Source: Intoshia linei
Taxonomy: Eukaryota; Animalia; Orthonectida
Assembly (NCBI GenBank): GCA_001642005.1
Contig: LWCA01000024.1
Location: 1 to 64,000, forward strand
Reading direction: 5' to 3'
DNA: 64,000 nt
The notes beneath the pieces were generated by a model. That model ran no database searches. It was not told where the DNA came from and saw only the letters and a program-made list of their open reading frames with translations. The first letter of the stretch is position 1; each line of letters starts with the position of its first letter. This document shows, in pieces, positions 20,435-35,400 of the stretch. A program made the translations under genes and the position numbers.

Positions 20435-23400
20435 ATGGACGTGAACGATTTGAAAAGATACAATAATGGTTCAACCCTGGATGGAAAAATTGACTATGAT
20501 TATTTTACATGTAAATTGGAAGATCATCCCGTTTATAAAACTAAATGTATGTGATGATTATATCGTAAAATATATATGTATCCATTATTAGGGCATTACA
20601 ATGAAATTCAAATAGAAATTTTCAAGACTTGGATAAATTATTATATAAAAGCGGTAATTTTACTAAAATGTAATTAATTTGAATTTTATTAAAAATTTTA
20701 GAAAAACGTTAAAATTGATAATTTCGCTCTTGATTTAAAATCAGGTCATATTTTGATTATACTTATTGAAGTATTAAGTGGATATACATTGGTAATTTGT
20801 TTTTGTCAAATTAATTTCAAATTGCTGTTGATTGCATTGTTACACTATTTATTAATGTTTGTTCTAAATATTATATAATTACATAATTAATTATTTATTA
20901 ATAATCTGAAAGTTGACTGGTTTACTTTAGAATAAAGAATGTGGAAATTTACGTTTACACCACATTCAAAATGTGGCCAAAGTATTTCAATACTTGCAAT
21001 ATTGTAATGTATTGTATTATAAAAACATGTTATATTATCATTTTAAGGTGCCATTACTAAATCTACGGTCAGAAGATATTGTGGATGGAAATTTGAAATT
21101 AACATTAGGTTTAGTATGGCAAATTATAGCGTATTTCAAGGTTTTTATTCTAGATGAATTATAATGCTATAACCCAATTTTTACAATTGTAACAAATTTT
21201 TTTAAAAATGAAATATTTATTTATATTACATTCCAGACTAAAATTTCTTTTATTTTTTTCATTAGTCAGGGAGAGAAATGAAATGCGATTTTATCCATTA
21301 CACTTAATTATAATTACTAAATGAGTTAATATCATCGATTATTATTAATGCCGTATTTTTGTTTTAAAAATTTACTAGTTTTTTAGTCAGATTACTTAGC
21401 AGTATTTATTATCTACTGGAGGTGCTTCAAATCATACTTATATATGATGCAATTGGGGTTTTTGACCCGTAAGATGTGAGTTTGGTAAGTTGAAATTTAT
21501 CTTATTATACGTCCCGGAAAAAACTGTAATTAAAATCTGGACTTTATAAAATTCTAAGAGTGGTTGTTATTTCAATAAAGTGGTACATACAAACAAAAAT
21601 CAAGTAGAATATTATGTAAGTTAAGATAAACATTTGTATTAACATTTGTATTTATTGAATTATAAAAATATAAATGTATTAAATACATTATATAGGTTAC
21701 CATTAACATCAAGGCAAAACCTATTAAGCTCGAAATATTTTTTAAATAAATAATCGGCTCCGCCATTTCTCAGCGAATTAGGACTTGAAAGTTTATATTT
21801 GATACATAAAACAGTTGAATGAAATTTAAAAAAGTAATATTTTTAAATGAAAATTTTTCGGGGCATAGTAGCTTATGTTTATATTGATATTTTGATTGGT
21901 CAATTTTTAGAAAAAAATAAAATTAATTTATATTTGCAGTTTTGTAATAGCATTTAATAAAGTGGTCACTTTTCGCGTGTCTACTGTAATATAAATGTAA
22001 ATATTAATTTGAATTATATACAGTATTCTCTCCACAATTCGCCAACTCTATAACTCGCCAATTCTCTAACTCGCTATTAATATAAAATATAATCTAAAAG
22101 TTTTTTAAAACCATTTTTCAAAAAAGTTAAGTTATTTTGGTTTAAATTGTATAATTTGTATTACAATTTACATTTTATTGCAATTTAACCTTTAATTAAA
22201 AGGTTTTATCTGCTGTTTCTATTGTTTTAAATTCCCTATCTCGCCAACGTTTTCTAAATATTGAAATACTGAATATTTATAATTATTTATAATATATTTC
22301 AACGATTAGATCAGAATTACATTGATTTTTCTACCTAATGTATAATTTTTGTTCATATTGTAGAGTTATTTGTTATAAATAGAGAAAGTTTATTATTTTA
22401 GGTAAAAAATTGCTGCATTACGAACACAAACTTAAATTATCAAGGAAAGTTTACTTGCCTTTTTAAATGGTGTTACTATTCTCTTGAACCATTCAAAAAT
22501 GTAGATATACAAAATTTAACTAACAGTTGGTGGTCTGGAATCGCGTTTATAATGCTCTTGTACAGGCATAGGTAAATAATTAATGATATACTTCATTGTA
22601 TTACAATTATATAATAATAAATAATATAATATAACATTATAAATGATAAGTTATCATTGATAACATATAAAACATAAAATAATATAATTAATGAGGATGA
22701 GATTTACGACAATGTTTATAAATTCCAAACGCTTTCCCGAATTAATATTTTTTTAAATTTTTGGGTTGATTTGATTTTTAAAAAATAGGGAGAAATTTGG
22801 CTTTTGACCGTGAAGAACTTAATTTCGTAAATGAAATTAAGATCAAAGCATGACTCGCACAAAACTGTATTAGAAATTTAGTTTTTTAAATTCTACGACT
22901 GTTAATTTTTTAAATAAACGGTAACACACGCACAGACATGATGTTATGTATATAAAAGGATAAAGACTCCATCTGTTGGTAAATTATTTAATAATTTACA
23001 ATCCTAAAGTTTGAGAGCACAATGACATGTTTTTCCAGTGAACGTTACATCATAAATTTCCATCTTTAGGGTCGAAACCGTATATTACCATACGATTATC
23101 CTAGTTCCGAACATGTAATATTATAATATTTATACTATGAACCATTAATTATTTGTAGGTATGATAAGTTCACAATCGATGATCTTCTATTGGAAGAAAC
23201 AGATTCCAGCAGATTAAAGTGTGTATTTGAATGGATTCAGCGAAATGAAAATATAAACATAAGTTTTAAATCGGAAGGTTTCAATTATTTCATTACTATA
23301 CACCAGGGATAGGCAACATTCTGTGATAGCGGGCCGGATTGTTATATAAAATAGATGGGTGGGCCGAACAAATAAATTTTAAGAATTTTTGGGATAAGAA

Positions 23401-26400
23401 TTAAGAATTACACAATTGTTTTTATATAAAATATATATTTCAACAATAGTATGTGTTATTATTTATAATACCTATTAATGTTATACATTGACATTGACTT
23501 ATGACACTTCTGATTTTTACATAGTGCGGTGCATTTACTTGTTTCATAGAAAACTCGAAAATTTATACCAAAATTATTATTTTTTGTTAATTTTTGGCGA
23601 AGTTCACGTTACATATGGTTCACTTTATAGAAGTTTGACTGTATTTATTTTTTTAAATTTTTATTAGATGCATAATTATAATTTTATATTGAATTTAAGT
23701 ATTCAAGATTACAGATAAAGTTTCAAAATAATGATGTTCATAAATAGTTGAAAGTGACATTTTTATGTAAAACAGTAGCACATGTAAATTAAAGTATAAA
23801 AAATTATAATTGTAAACATTACAAATACTTTTAATTGTAATCTAAATATTTAGATATTAAAAAATGGGATGAAAATACAATGGCTACCTTTATTTCACTG
23901 ATAAGAGAAAAATTTAAACTTCCTAAGCCTATACTTCAAATGGATAGTTATAAAGTTTATTATTATATGATTTCTTTTGTATTATATGTATAAGTGAATG
24001 TGTCTATTGAAAGTTAATATATGAATATAATAATAACGATTATACAATATAAATATAATTAATGTATTTTTTAACATTTTATAGGATTTCCTACGCATTT
24101 ATTACAATAACCATCAATTTTTAACGAATATGAAAAATATATTGAGTGTAATTATGTCATCTTAATGAAATAACTACTTTTTAGAAAAATACATCATCAA
24201 AGGAGTCAGTAATAGGTAAATTCTACAACATAATTGATATCCTGCTCATATATCTTTCTGATGCCAAATATTTTGATGTAATTAATTTTAAGCAAATACA
24301 TTGTATATGTATTGATATCAAATAAATAAATTATGAAAACGTTTTTATGACAATATTCATGTAATAATTAAATACTAATTTTCCATTATTTAAATTTATT
24401 TACAATATACAATTGACAATATATAATTCTAATAATATAAAAATTTTTATATTATTTTAATTTTTATGTTTATAATGTGTATGTGTTATAATTTGATTAT
24501 TTGATAATAAAAAATTTACCTAAAATATAATTTTAATAATTAGAAATTAAATCAAATATACCAAAACCCAAATTTATATGAAGTTAAAGATGTCTACGTT
24601 ACAAAAAGTTTTTTATTCCTCGAATCCACAATTGATCTATACAATTATGATAATAAAAACATTAAAGATTCATCAATTCAATTTAAGAGTATCAATGAAT
24701 TATGTCAAAATTTGCATCATTTAAATACAAAAATGACTACTCACGATTATTATAAAGATGTTTCAAATGAATATTTACTTTTAAAAAGTAAAATTATCAA
24801 ATGTTGTAATATTCTAAATGAGAATTACCCCATTTATGACAAACTGTATACCGTTTATCATAAAATTGATAATATAATGACGTCTATCGAAAATGTTTAT
24901 TGTGAGAAACTATACCCAAACTTTCATTATTTTGATAAAATAAATGAATCTTTGCAAAATATTAATAAATACAAAATAACTGAAAATGTTCTTGTTGATG
25001 GATTCTTTAATGTTCAATATTATTTAAAAAAGTTGGAGGTAGGTTTAAAATATTGAATTATTTTCATATTTACATAATCTATTTCAATATATTTAGGAGT
25101 TTGAATTTAATACAACGGACAAAAGTATAGAAGGCCTTAAGGTATAATTTTTTTAATGTATATTAATAATTTAGATTTATTCTCAAAGATTGAATTATTT
25201 CAAATGTTTCCATGACTTTTTAAAAATATTTGTTAAAATTCGAAATAATTTTTTTAATATATCCACAAGATTGATTGAACAAAATTGGGAAAATTTTGTG
25301 GATGCTACTCATGTTTTGAATACATTCACTGCTTTTAGGGTAATACTTACGAAATTAAAAAAGTACTGATATCTTGATATATAAAATTTATTTATTCTGT
25401 ATTATGTCTATACTAATGTACACCACGATAAGGATGATGTTAATTTTGTATCTTTGCATGTTTCAAATAAGTATCGTATAAGCTAAGAATTACACTTTAG
25501 ACATTGAAAGTTATAGTTATGATAAACAAAAAAATATAGGTGTATAAAATATTAAAATACCTTGCGAACGCGAAGGCGCTCATTGCTAAAATAATATTTA
25601 TGTAATTGTACCGCGGTGTACTCTGCATTTCTTATAAAAACTTACTGTAATAACTTCTTGTTTACCTTGAAAAATTGTTTTAAACTGTACGTTTCTTAAA
25701 ATTCTCGAACAATTAGTTTTCTATAAACTGAAACAGTCAGACACGTGCATAATGTTTTAAAATTCCATTTTATATAAGTACTAAGTTAACTGTTATGTAC
25801 TAAGTACAAACAGCACCTAGCTTTGACGAAGGCACATTTTTATTTCACCAAAAAACTAAATATAACTAAATGATAAATATATGAAAATCTAACTTAAAAA
25901 TTCAATACTATTCACTATTATCAATCCGTTAAAGGAGTGGTTCCCAAACTTGTTTCAGGTGGAACCGTCAAATCACATTACTTTACTTTAGTGCATTATT
26001 CTATCTTAATTTTTTTTGTTAACATTTGCGTAAAGAATTTTAATCTCATTTTATTAGCATCAGCAATATTAAGAGCTCTGATGTATCCTAATCTACTATA
26101 CCAAGACACCTCCATAGAGGCATAGACGAAAATTCTGTTATTTTTATGTTATGCATAAATACATAGAAATGTAAGTAAGAATGAATTGATAAATATAAAT
26201 TAAATGTTAATTAAATATTTTATTTAGAATACGTGTAATGAGTTTGAAAATGAATATATCAATTATCGGGAATTATTTAAAGTTGGACAAGAAATGTTGA
26301 AAAAGTTTCCAATTAAACATGAAATAATAATGGTTTTAAAGATTCCTCATATATTAAATTAATAAATATTTAGTTAAAACTCATACATATAAAATACTTA

Positions 26401-29400
26401 TATAAATATATTCTTGTTTTAATTAATAACTGTGAATTACATATTGAAGAATGGCATAAAATAAACAATGTAATTTTTATATTTCAACCCAATTTTTATA
26501 TTATATAGTAAAACTTTTATATAAATTTGATTTTGTTAACGTACACATTTTATATACAGATTTACTGTATTTTAGTGCAAATTTTAAATTTGATATATAA
26601 ATTATAACTAATACTAAATACAGGCATACTATACCTAACGAAGTAGCAAAAAATACCGTCTTTGACTCACAATGGTTTAAAATTTCTCAATGCGTGTATA
26701 TCTTTTTTATATTATTGGATCTCATTCCTTGTTTTTCGAAATTAACAATTCACCTATTAATGTTTTGAATATTTTTTGATGTGTGTTATCTGGATATAAT
26801 TATTTATGTTTTTTAATTTTTTTTAAAATGATGGGACTATTTATTTTTTTTAAAAAAAGAGGTAATTTGTGGTTTTGATCGTGAAGATAAGATTTTGAAA
26901 TTGAAGTTTACATAATATTAATGGTTTGAAAATCTTTATCAAACTGCATTTTTTATAATTCTAGGACTCGTTTGAATTTTACAATAAAGGATAATTGCGA
27001 TTTTTGACCTTGAAGGACTTAATTTCTGAAAATGAAATTGGTGATATAACATTCCCCTCGAAAAACTGTAATTTTTAAAACTCGAATCCTCTTACTTTCT
27101 TAAATAAACTGGAACGAACAAATAAATAAACAGACATTGATTATTAACTAACAAAAATAATAAAAAAATAAATAATAATGTAAATTACTAATTAAATTAT
27201 GTATCTAAGGATTTACCGTTATAAACTTGTTAAAAAATTGATTTCTCGATTGCCAACCTAGAGGTATGTACTAGGCATGCCTATACTAAGTACTGTGATG
27301 TATTGATGAGTATAAATATTAATAATACTTTTTAGCTTGAAAAGGAATTTAGCCAAATTGAAAATATTTTAAAATATTTTAAGGAGAACCAATCTAATGA
27401 TATTGAAATATCAAATAAAAAAAACAATGAAAAACTTGAATTTAGCAAAGAAGTACATCAACTAAATACGATAAATGTTTTAAATTTAATTATAATTACA
27501 TTAAAAATAATTATATAGTTATTGAGCGACTTGATGAAAACTGCCAATTTAAGTTTAGAAAATTTAGAATTTATACCATACATTACAGAGTACGCAACTA
27601 AACTTAATGAATACCCTCTAGCAAGATTTCAAAAGTCTGATAGTATTTTCAATGTAATTTTATCATTAAATGTATATAAAAGTTTAGAAATCATTATTCA
27701 ATGAAGAGATTGTTACGTTCAAAGTGATTGAAAATAAATATTTTTATGTAATACTAACTTTTTATTTTTTACCGCATAAAAAGAGTAGATAGCTGTGAGG
27801 AGGAAAGTGTCTATATATACTTTTTTAACATACCTTATTATAACACATTTTATGTTTAATATACAATTTAAGCTGTTAAAAATATATTAAAAATTGTGAC
27901 CATCACTTCAAAAAGATTCTCAGTCTCGTACTAATGTGATACTACTAATAATATAAATATTATCGTAAAGTCTTTTATAAAAGCGTCTACTACATGTAAT
28001 ATTCAATTTAGGAAATATTTCGATACAATTTGCCAGCAATTATATTTCCACGACTCTTTTTCAAAACTGCATCCGAAAAAATTGTGCAATACAGATTAAA
28101 ATATACAAAGTACACAAATATTTTAAATTTTAATAGAGACCACTCACCCTTTGAGTTCATGCATTATAACAAAACTGGTATCATAAAGTTAAAATATATG
28201 CACTATACAATGTATAGCATACATATATGACATATTTCAACCTATCTGATTTTCGATTATACAATGAAATTAATAATAACTAATTATATTATTGTGAATT
28301 ATAAAATTTAGAATGAAACATGCAGTAATGAAACGTGAATCAGAATTTCACAAAACGGATAGTATCTATTCAATAATAAACACAATTGAATTTAATGTAT
28401 ATTTAAAACAAAATTATAAAGATCTCTCACGACTATTAAAAGAACTAGATTATTCAATTAAAAATACAGATGAAAATTTTAACAAAAAAGTATACAATAG
28501 TAAAGAGACTGAAAAATACATTAAATGCATCAATAAATGTATTTATCTTGTATCAAGGTTGGATAAACATGTATACCAATTAAAATTAGAAAAGAAGGAA
28601 ACTGGATTATTTAACACACGTGTAATTAAGCATTGCAAAAATAAATTGAAAATATCAAACTATAAAGAGAAAAAGGTTTATATTGAAAATTTTTTTATTA
28701 ACGAGAAATTTGATATCAAACTAAATCAAGTAGAAAAGTATTACAAAATACAATTTGATTTTCTTCGTGAAAACACAGGTATTGTTCCAAATATAAATAT
28801 TGAATCAATTGATCCAAAAACATGTATTGATTACAAACATAACGATGAATTAGCATACCAAGAGTATGACTTGCGTACAAATTTATATCAAAAATTAAAT
28901 GCATTAAAAAATATGGATGAATTTCAAAATGATTTTTGCTTAAATGTAATAAATAAAGGGAAAATTAATGCACTGATTACATTATTAGATAAAAATTTGC
29001 AGCATCCTAATATCGCAGTAAAAAACACGGATTATATTTCTGAAAGTTATAATGTTACATGCTATATGGATAATGATTTTGGCAGATTTAAATCACTGAA
29101 AAATACGGCCAACACGCAAGAGTTGAATAAAATAAATTCATATTCAAATCTCAAAGAAAGTTTAAACACCTTCAATACAAATCAAAAATTAACTGACCAA
29201 AACGCTGATAAAGGATTATCTAAACAAATTGGCAGACAAAATCAATCTGATTCATCTAATCTCAACAATTTTGATAAGAAAAAGTCACACAGTAATGTTA
29301 ATTTAAATGAATTGGACTTTAACAATTCAAATATAAAAAATTTTTGTCCAGACTATTTTGACGATGAAACTTATAAAATGAAACATTGTGTAAATTTTAT

Positions 29401-32400
29401 GGAAAACAGAAGTATACATAAATTTATTGAAAATTCAAAAAATTCAAATTCTGGGCAAGAGACACAGTTTGACAATGGTGATTCAGAAGCTTCCATTACA
29501 TTTGTTAATAAAACAAAATCAAGGAATGTTTATAAAGACAATGATAAAAAGGATGAAGATCCAGGAAATAATACGAGTTTTTCAGGTAATTCGTCATTGA
29601 GACATTTCAAAAATGGAAATAATATTTATAAGAATAATCGGTCTGAACGTTCCGATTCCAAACATGTTTCGTTTGAAGATGAAGTAGATAAAAATGATTC
29701 AAATAATGATACTTTAACTTGTAGTGGTGAATCCAATTTGGTATCAAACAAAAACAATGCACAATCAAGTTTTCAAAATAGAAATGATGAATATATCAGA
29801 AAACAAAACACAGATATTTATAGGAATGAAAAGATGAACAATTTTTATAATAAAAAAAATGAGATTTCAAATAATTTTACATTTTATAATGCTAAATCTA
29901 AAATTATCGGAATACCTTATGATTATTCTATTGATCAAAATAAAAAACAATTCACTTCATTGGAATCAGATGAGCTCAAGAGTCAAAACGATATATTACA
30001 ACATATGCCTACTAATCATATGTTTGTTCCCAAGGATAAACATGGACACAACGTCATTATTTCTCATTTTTTAGCTTCAGGTGATAATTACCGTCAGAAT
30101 GAGGTACTGGAACATATACAGGCAAGCAACTTTCCGGTTACCAAGGGTGCGATAATGAAGGATAACGATATTTTACATTTATTTCATTGTGAAAACTTTA
30201 GTGATCAAAATTCCACAAGAAATATTTCTTCTACAATTACTAATGTCGTTTCCGGTGGCGACAAATTTGAAAAATCAAATGTTAACATTTCTTTGAATGT
30301 CAATCGATTTAATGACGAACCTAGTATGCCGAATTATGCACATGGCAAGATAAAAGAAATTGAAACCCATAAAAAGAGTCAAATATTGAATAATATTCCA
30401 TTAATGGAAGCTAGTAGAGTTGAGAATGAAAATTATCTTCAAAGATCTTTAACTTTAAAAGATATTAAGAATAGATATAGTTTCTTCAGTAACTATGATA
30501 GTTATAAAGAAAATATTTCATTTTCATCTCAACCCAACATAATTAAAAGTGAACCTACTGACTTTTGTTATAAAGAAGACACACCTGTCATGGATAATCC
30601 TAAAAATGGAACCTTAAACACTTATTCCAATTCAATTAAAAGGTATGATGATAATATTAATGTTTTCAATCGTTCATTTGAAATTAATAATGATTATTCA
30701 AATAACAAGTATCCAAAAATATTAGCCGAATATCCGCATATTAAAAGTGTTAATGTTCCATTTAGTGAAGAAATACATCATGCTTACGATACTAATGATA
30801 TGCGATTAGAAAATACCAAAAAAAAATCTAAAATAGAATCACGGTGTCCACCTAGTGTAGTTCAGGACTATGATTTTACCAATGAAACGTCTAAAGAGGC
30901 AATGTATCTAACCGGTCCAGGTAATATCCAGTGTAATAAACTGGAAAACTATCCACAAACACTTTTGAGGTCAATAACCTGTAATGAGAACAGTAAATCT
31001 TGTGACATGTTTCAATTAAAAACTGAAAAAAGGAAATTTGATTCTTATGATTCATTAGATGAAAAATATTCCAATACTTTATTTAATAAAATGAATGAAA
31101 AATGTAAAAAATATTCATCTGATACTACTCTGAACAGTAATAGTAACAGAACTAAAAGGAAACAAGATTTACAAGACATCAAGAACAAGTATAAAATGTT
31201 TTTATTCAATAGTGAAGAATCAAATGATGAACAAAATGTAATTAAAGTAAACAATTTTAATGATGATTCTGCATTAAATAAGTCAAACAGTTTTATCAAT
31301 TGTTTCTACTTGTCAAACGACGTGAATAATGTAAATTTAGATGTTTGTGAAAATTTTAAGTTTAATATGATTAATAAAAGTAAAAATGAAGTATACGTTG
31401 GGTTGCAAATTAATGCTAATAATAATGATAAACAGAAGGAGATCAATGTAGAAAAAGATTTAGAAATGAAAAAAGTACTCTTAGACGATAAGGATGTTCA
31501 ATTTTACAACACTGAAAGAATTAATCAAATCAATTCAAAGCCAAATTTTCACATTAAAATTCAACCAATTCATGAATACAGTGATAATACCACCAACGAT
31601 GCGACGAGTACATCATCTTATATGTATAATTTTAAAAATAGTCCCAAAACAAGTATATCAGAAAGAGATAACACAGAGATGTCATTAAAGAATATTTGTA
31701 ATATCAGAAAACAACGAGCAACTAGTGTTAATCATAAACCGTATTGCAAATATGATGATGAGCTGAAATTAGGAAATCAACAGAGAAATAGTGATTCAGA
31801 AACAATTAAGATTCGAACAAACGTGAAATGTAGATTAATTTCTTTGGAAGATACACCCAATATCACTGACAAGTATATTAATGAAAGTATAAAGTCATTA
31901 AACATACATCAATCCAACCATTTACTAAATGAAAGATTTGATAATTCTAGAATTTACAGTGAACTGCCAACTAGTGACGAAAAAATTATTCTAGATAACG
32001 AACAAAATGAGACTGTACACCAAAAAGAGGTAAACATAATCGATGATTATACAAATAAAATTAAAAAACATTTCACATCAAAAAGTAAAAAATGTGACAT
32101 AAAAAAAGTTTCAAATCTACCAGAGAACAGTTTTATTGATCTCGAAACAAATTCGGATACATCATTTGAGGATAAAGAATCATTATTAAATAATGAACAT
32201 ATGAAAAAACAATATCCAATAACCAACTATTTAGATATTTTTAATAAAAAAATGGACATGTTGAATAATAATATTAATAAAAAAACATGTACACTAAAAA
32301 ATACAAAAAACCAGAAACCTATATCTAATCTAATTTTGAATTATAACAGATTTAATCAAAAATCCAAAATTACCCACAAAGAATCAAACGACTCATCCAT

Positions 32401-35400
32401 ACATATTAAAAAAAAGATGAAAATATCATTCAAAAATAAAACAAAGAAAATAAATTATGCAAACATTTCAAATGTTCTAAATGTTACCCTTAACAAAGAT
32501 TCAGATAAATTAAATAGTTCCAAACAATTTAAAGCCAAGCAAACACTGAAACCTAAACTAAATGGAAAAAATAGAATCGACAATATTGGTATCAAAAGTG
32601 ATAAAAAATTTTACACATTAGAAAAGAAATACACGAGAAAAAGAAGCAACTCTGTTAATTCCCAAATTGTTGAAAAACCGAAGTATGGACTCAATGAAAA
32701 GTATAATAAAAATCAGTGTAAAACAATTTTTAACAAAAAAAAATTATATGGAAGCCATAATCTCACTTATCACAAAAATTATGTTGAAAAATCAATTAGA
32801 TTAAACTGTAATTTGATAAACAAAATTAAACATGAGCCAAAAAAAAATAAAACCAATCAAATCGTAAAAACTAGTAAAAATGAAAGTGAAATTAAAAATT
32901 TACTTTCATGTACCGGAAGAAATTATAAAATAGCAAATATTAATAACAATAATTTGTATAATATGAATAACTTAAACATGTCACCATCAATTAATGACCT
33001 GAATCAAAGACAACTTATTACAATAACCGCTCAAAAATCTAATATTAATAAAAACAAAATTCGACCAATCAAAACTATCACTGTTATTTGTTACGACTCC
33101 TTAAAAATAACTGGTGAATCGTTTTTAAATTACAAATTGATTGAACCAATCAAACCAAACTTATTATTCGACAAAATTTTAAAGAAATTTCCAATGTATG
33201 CACTTGATTATGAAATCAATCTACAAAATAATGATATCGATTCACATTTATCACAAACACTGAATAGAACAATAATTGTAAATCCTTTCAAATTAAACTT
33301 TACAACAATGCAGCCAATATTATCTCGAGCGGACATTGAATATGCGCATAAAAATAAGATATCAAATAAAGATGCATTGTTCAATCTAGGATCCAAAAAA
33401 ATTAAGCAACACATTTATTTTTCGAATATTGCTTTTAATTTAAAGACAAAAATAAGTATTTACTTCAATCAAAACAATATCAATAAAATACTATTGAAAA
33501 CTTTTAAATTAAATGAAAAATTGATTGGTATGCAAAATAAACTCCAATGTTGTAAATTAAACACAATTAAATGGAAACATCAATTTAATAACATTGAGGT
33601 AACCATTTTTAGTTAGGTAAAATGTAGTAACACCAGGGAGAAAAAAACTACATTGCAACAGTAGTCAAGTGATTTTCTTGGAAAGAGTCTACCACCCTAA
33701 AGGTTCAGTGTGCTCCTGGTAAAAATTTGTATCCGTTAAGCAAACCATAAAAAGTTATATTACGTATTTTATGAGTTTGCTAGATATCTATTATGTACTT
33801 TGTACAAACAGTAGCTAGCTCAGTCGAAGCCGGGCGTTTCAAGGTTTAAGTATATTTTTAAATAGATCAATTTTTTTTAAATTAAAATTTAATTATCAAA
33901 CTTAAACTATCTTTTTGGGGATTTTGGAGCTCAGCACCGAACCTGCCATACCCGAGGCCATTTGGGTGACGGTTGGAGTGTGTAACGGTAGAGATCGTAA
34001 AGCGTACCTCTTTTTTACAAAATTAGCGTTTAACCCTCAGACCCTATTAGCCACGTTTAAATAAAAATAATTAAAAAACTAATTTAAGTTAAGTTTCAAA
34101 AAAAAAAAAATATAAAATCCTTACTTAAATAATATGCTATGCTATTTTTTTTTGTGTGTGTGTTCTACTTTATTGAAATAACTACCAGTCTTAGAATTTT
34201 ATAAATTCCACATTTCAAATACAGTTTTTTCTGGGGCGTATAATAAGATACATTTTAACCCTCAAACTCACATCTTACAGGTCAAAAACCTTAATTGTCC
34301 CTCTTTTTGAAAATCAAACGAGTTGGAGAATTCAAAAAAAAATATATACGCTGATACGAATTTAAAAATCATAAATATTACCATATATTTAAATTTAAAA
34401 AAAATATATCTTCAGGGCCAAAACACCAAATTACCTGTTTTTTTTAATGAAAACAGCCCTAGAATTAATATAATTACAGGTGCTACAGTTGTATCCTGTT
34501 AACACAAAAAAAATGTCAATGTGAATAAGTGACGCCTTCATGGTCAAAAAATCATTTTAGTATTCATATATTTTTTTTCCGAAATATTTTATTAAAACAA
34601 AAAATGTCAAATAATTAACAATTCTAAAATTAAAAAAAAAATTATTCTGATAGAGCTTATTCCAGTTGATATAAATACAAAAGTTCAACCCGAGAAATCT
34701 TTGCATTCCCGATGAAAAATAATTTTTAATATATTATCAACCAATATTTTTTCAAATATTTCGTTAAAATAAAAATTGAAAATGTAAATATTGATCCTAN
34801 TCAACCCGAGAAATCTTTGCATTCCCGATGAAAAATAATTTTTAATATATTATCAACCAATATTTTTCAAATATTTCGATTAACAAATATATAACAAATT
34901 TGTAAAATAAAAATTGAAAATGTAATATATAATATATAATAAATAAATATAAGTAAGGATATTTAAAAAACTTTAAAGAATTTTAAAAAGCTCAATTTCA
35001 CAACGTGACGTATTCACGGTCAAAAAAGCATTTTAGTATTAATTTTTTTTATTTGGTGACTATTTTATTAAAAAAAAATGTATCCAATAAATAATAGTCC
35101 TAGAATTTAAGAAATTTTTATTTAGAATCACTTTTCAGTTTTTTCTTGTATAAGCTTATACAAAAATAAATTTTCTTAAAAAATGTAAAATAAATTTATT
35201 ATATTTGTTACGTTCCAATGAAAAAAATCTCAGCATCGGGATTAAAACATATTTTTAGATTCTATCAAAAGATTCAAAATTAATAATACAAGAATATAAA
35301 GATATTAAAAAATATTATACTGAAAATTGTTATAATTTGGACAAAATGTGCCAAATAAAATTCAAAAAGTTGATGATATCGATAGAAAATACTTTAAGAA

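Noticed and set aside
28313-33616. Independent 1767-aa single-exon gene
   Set aside because: It is bounded by splice sites in phase with flanking spectraplakin exons, so it is treated as an internal exon.
34685-34925. Apparent ~115-nt tandem duplication
   Set aside because: It straddles the N at 34800, so it is most likely a contig-overlap artefact inside a repeat.
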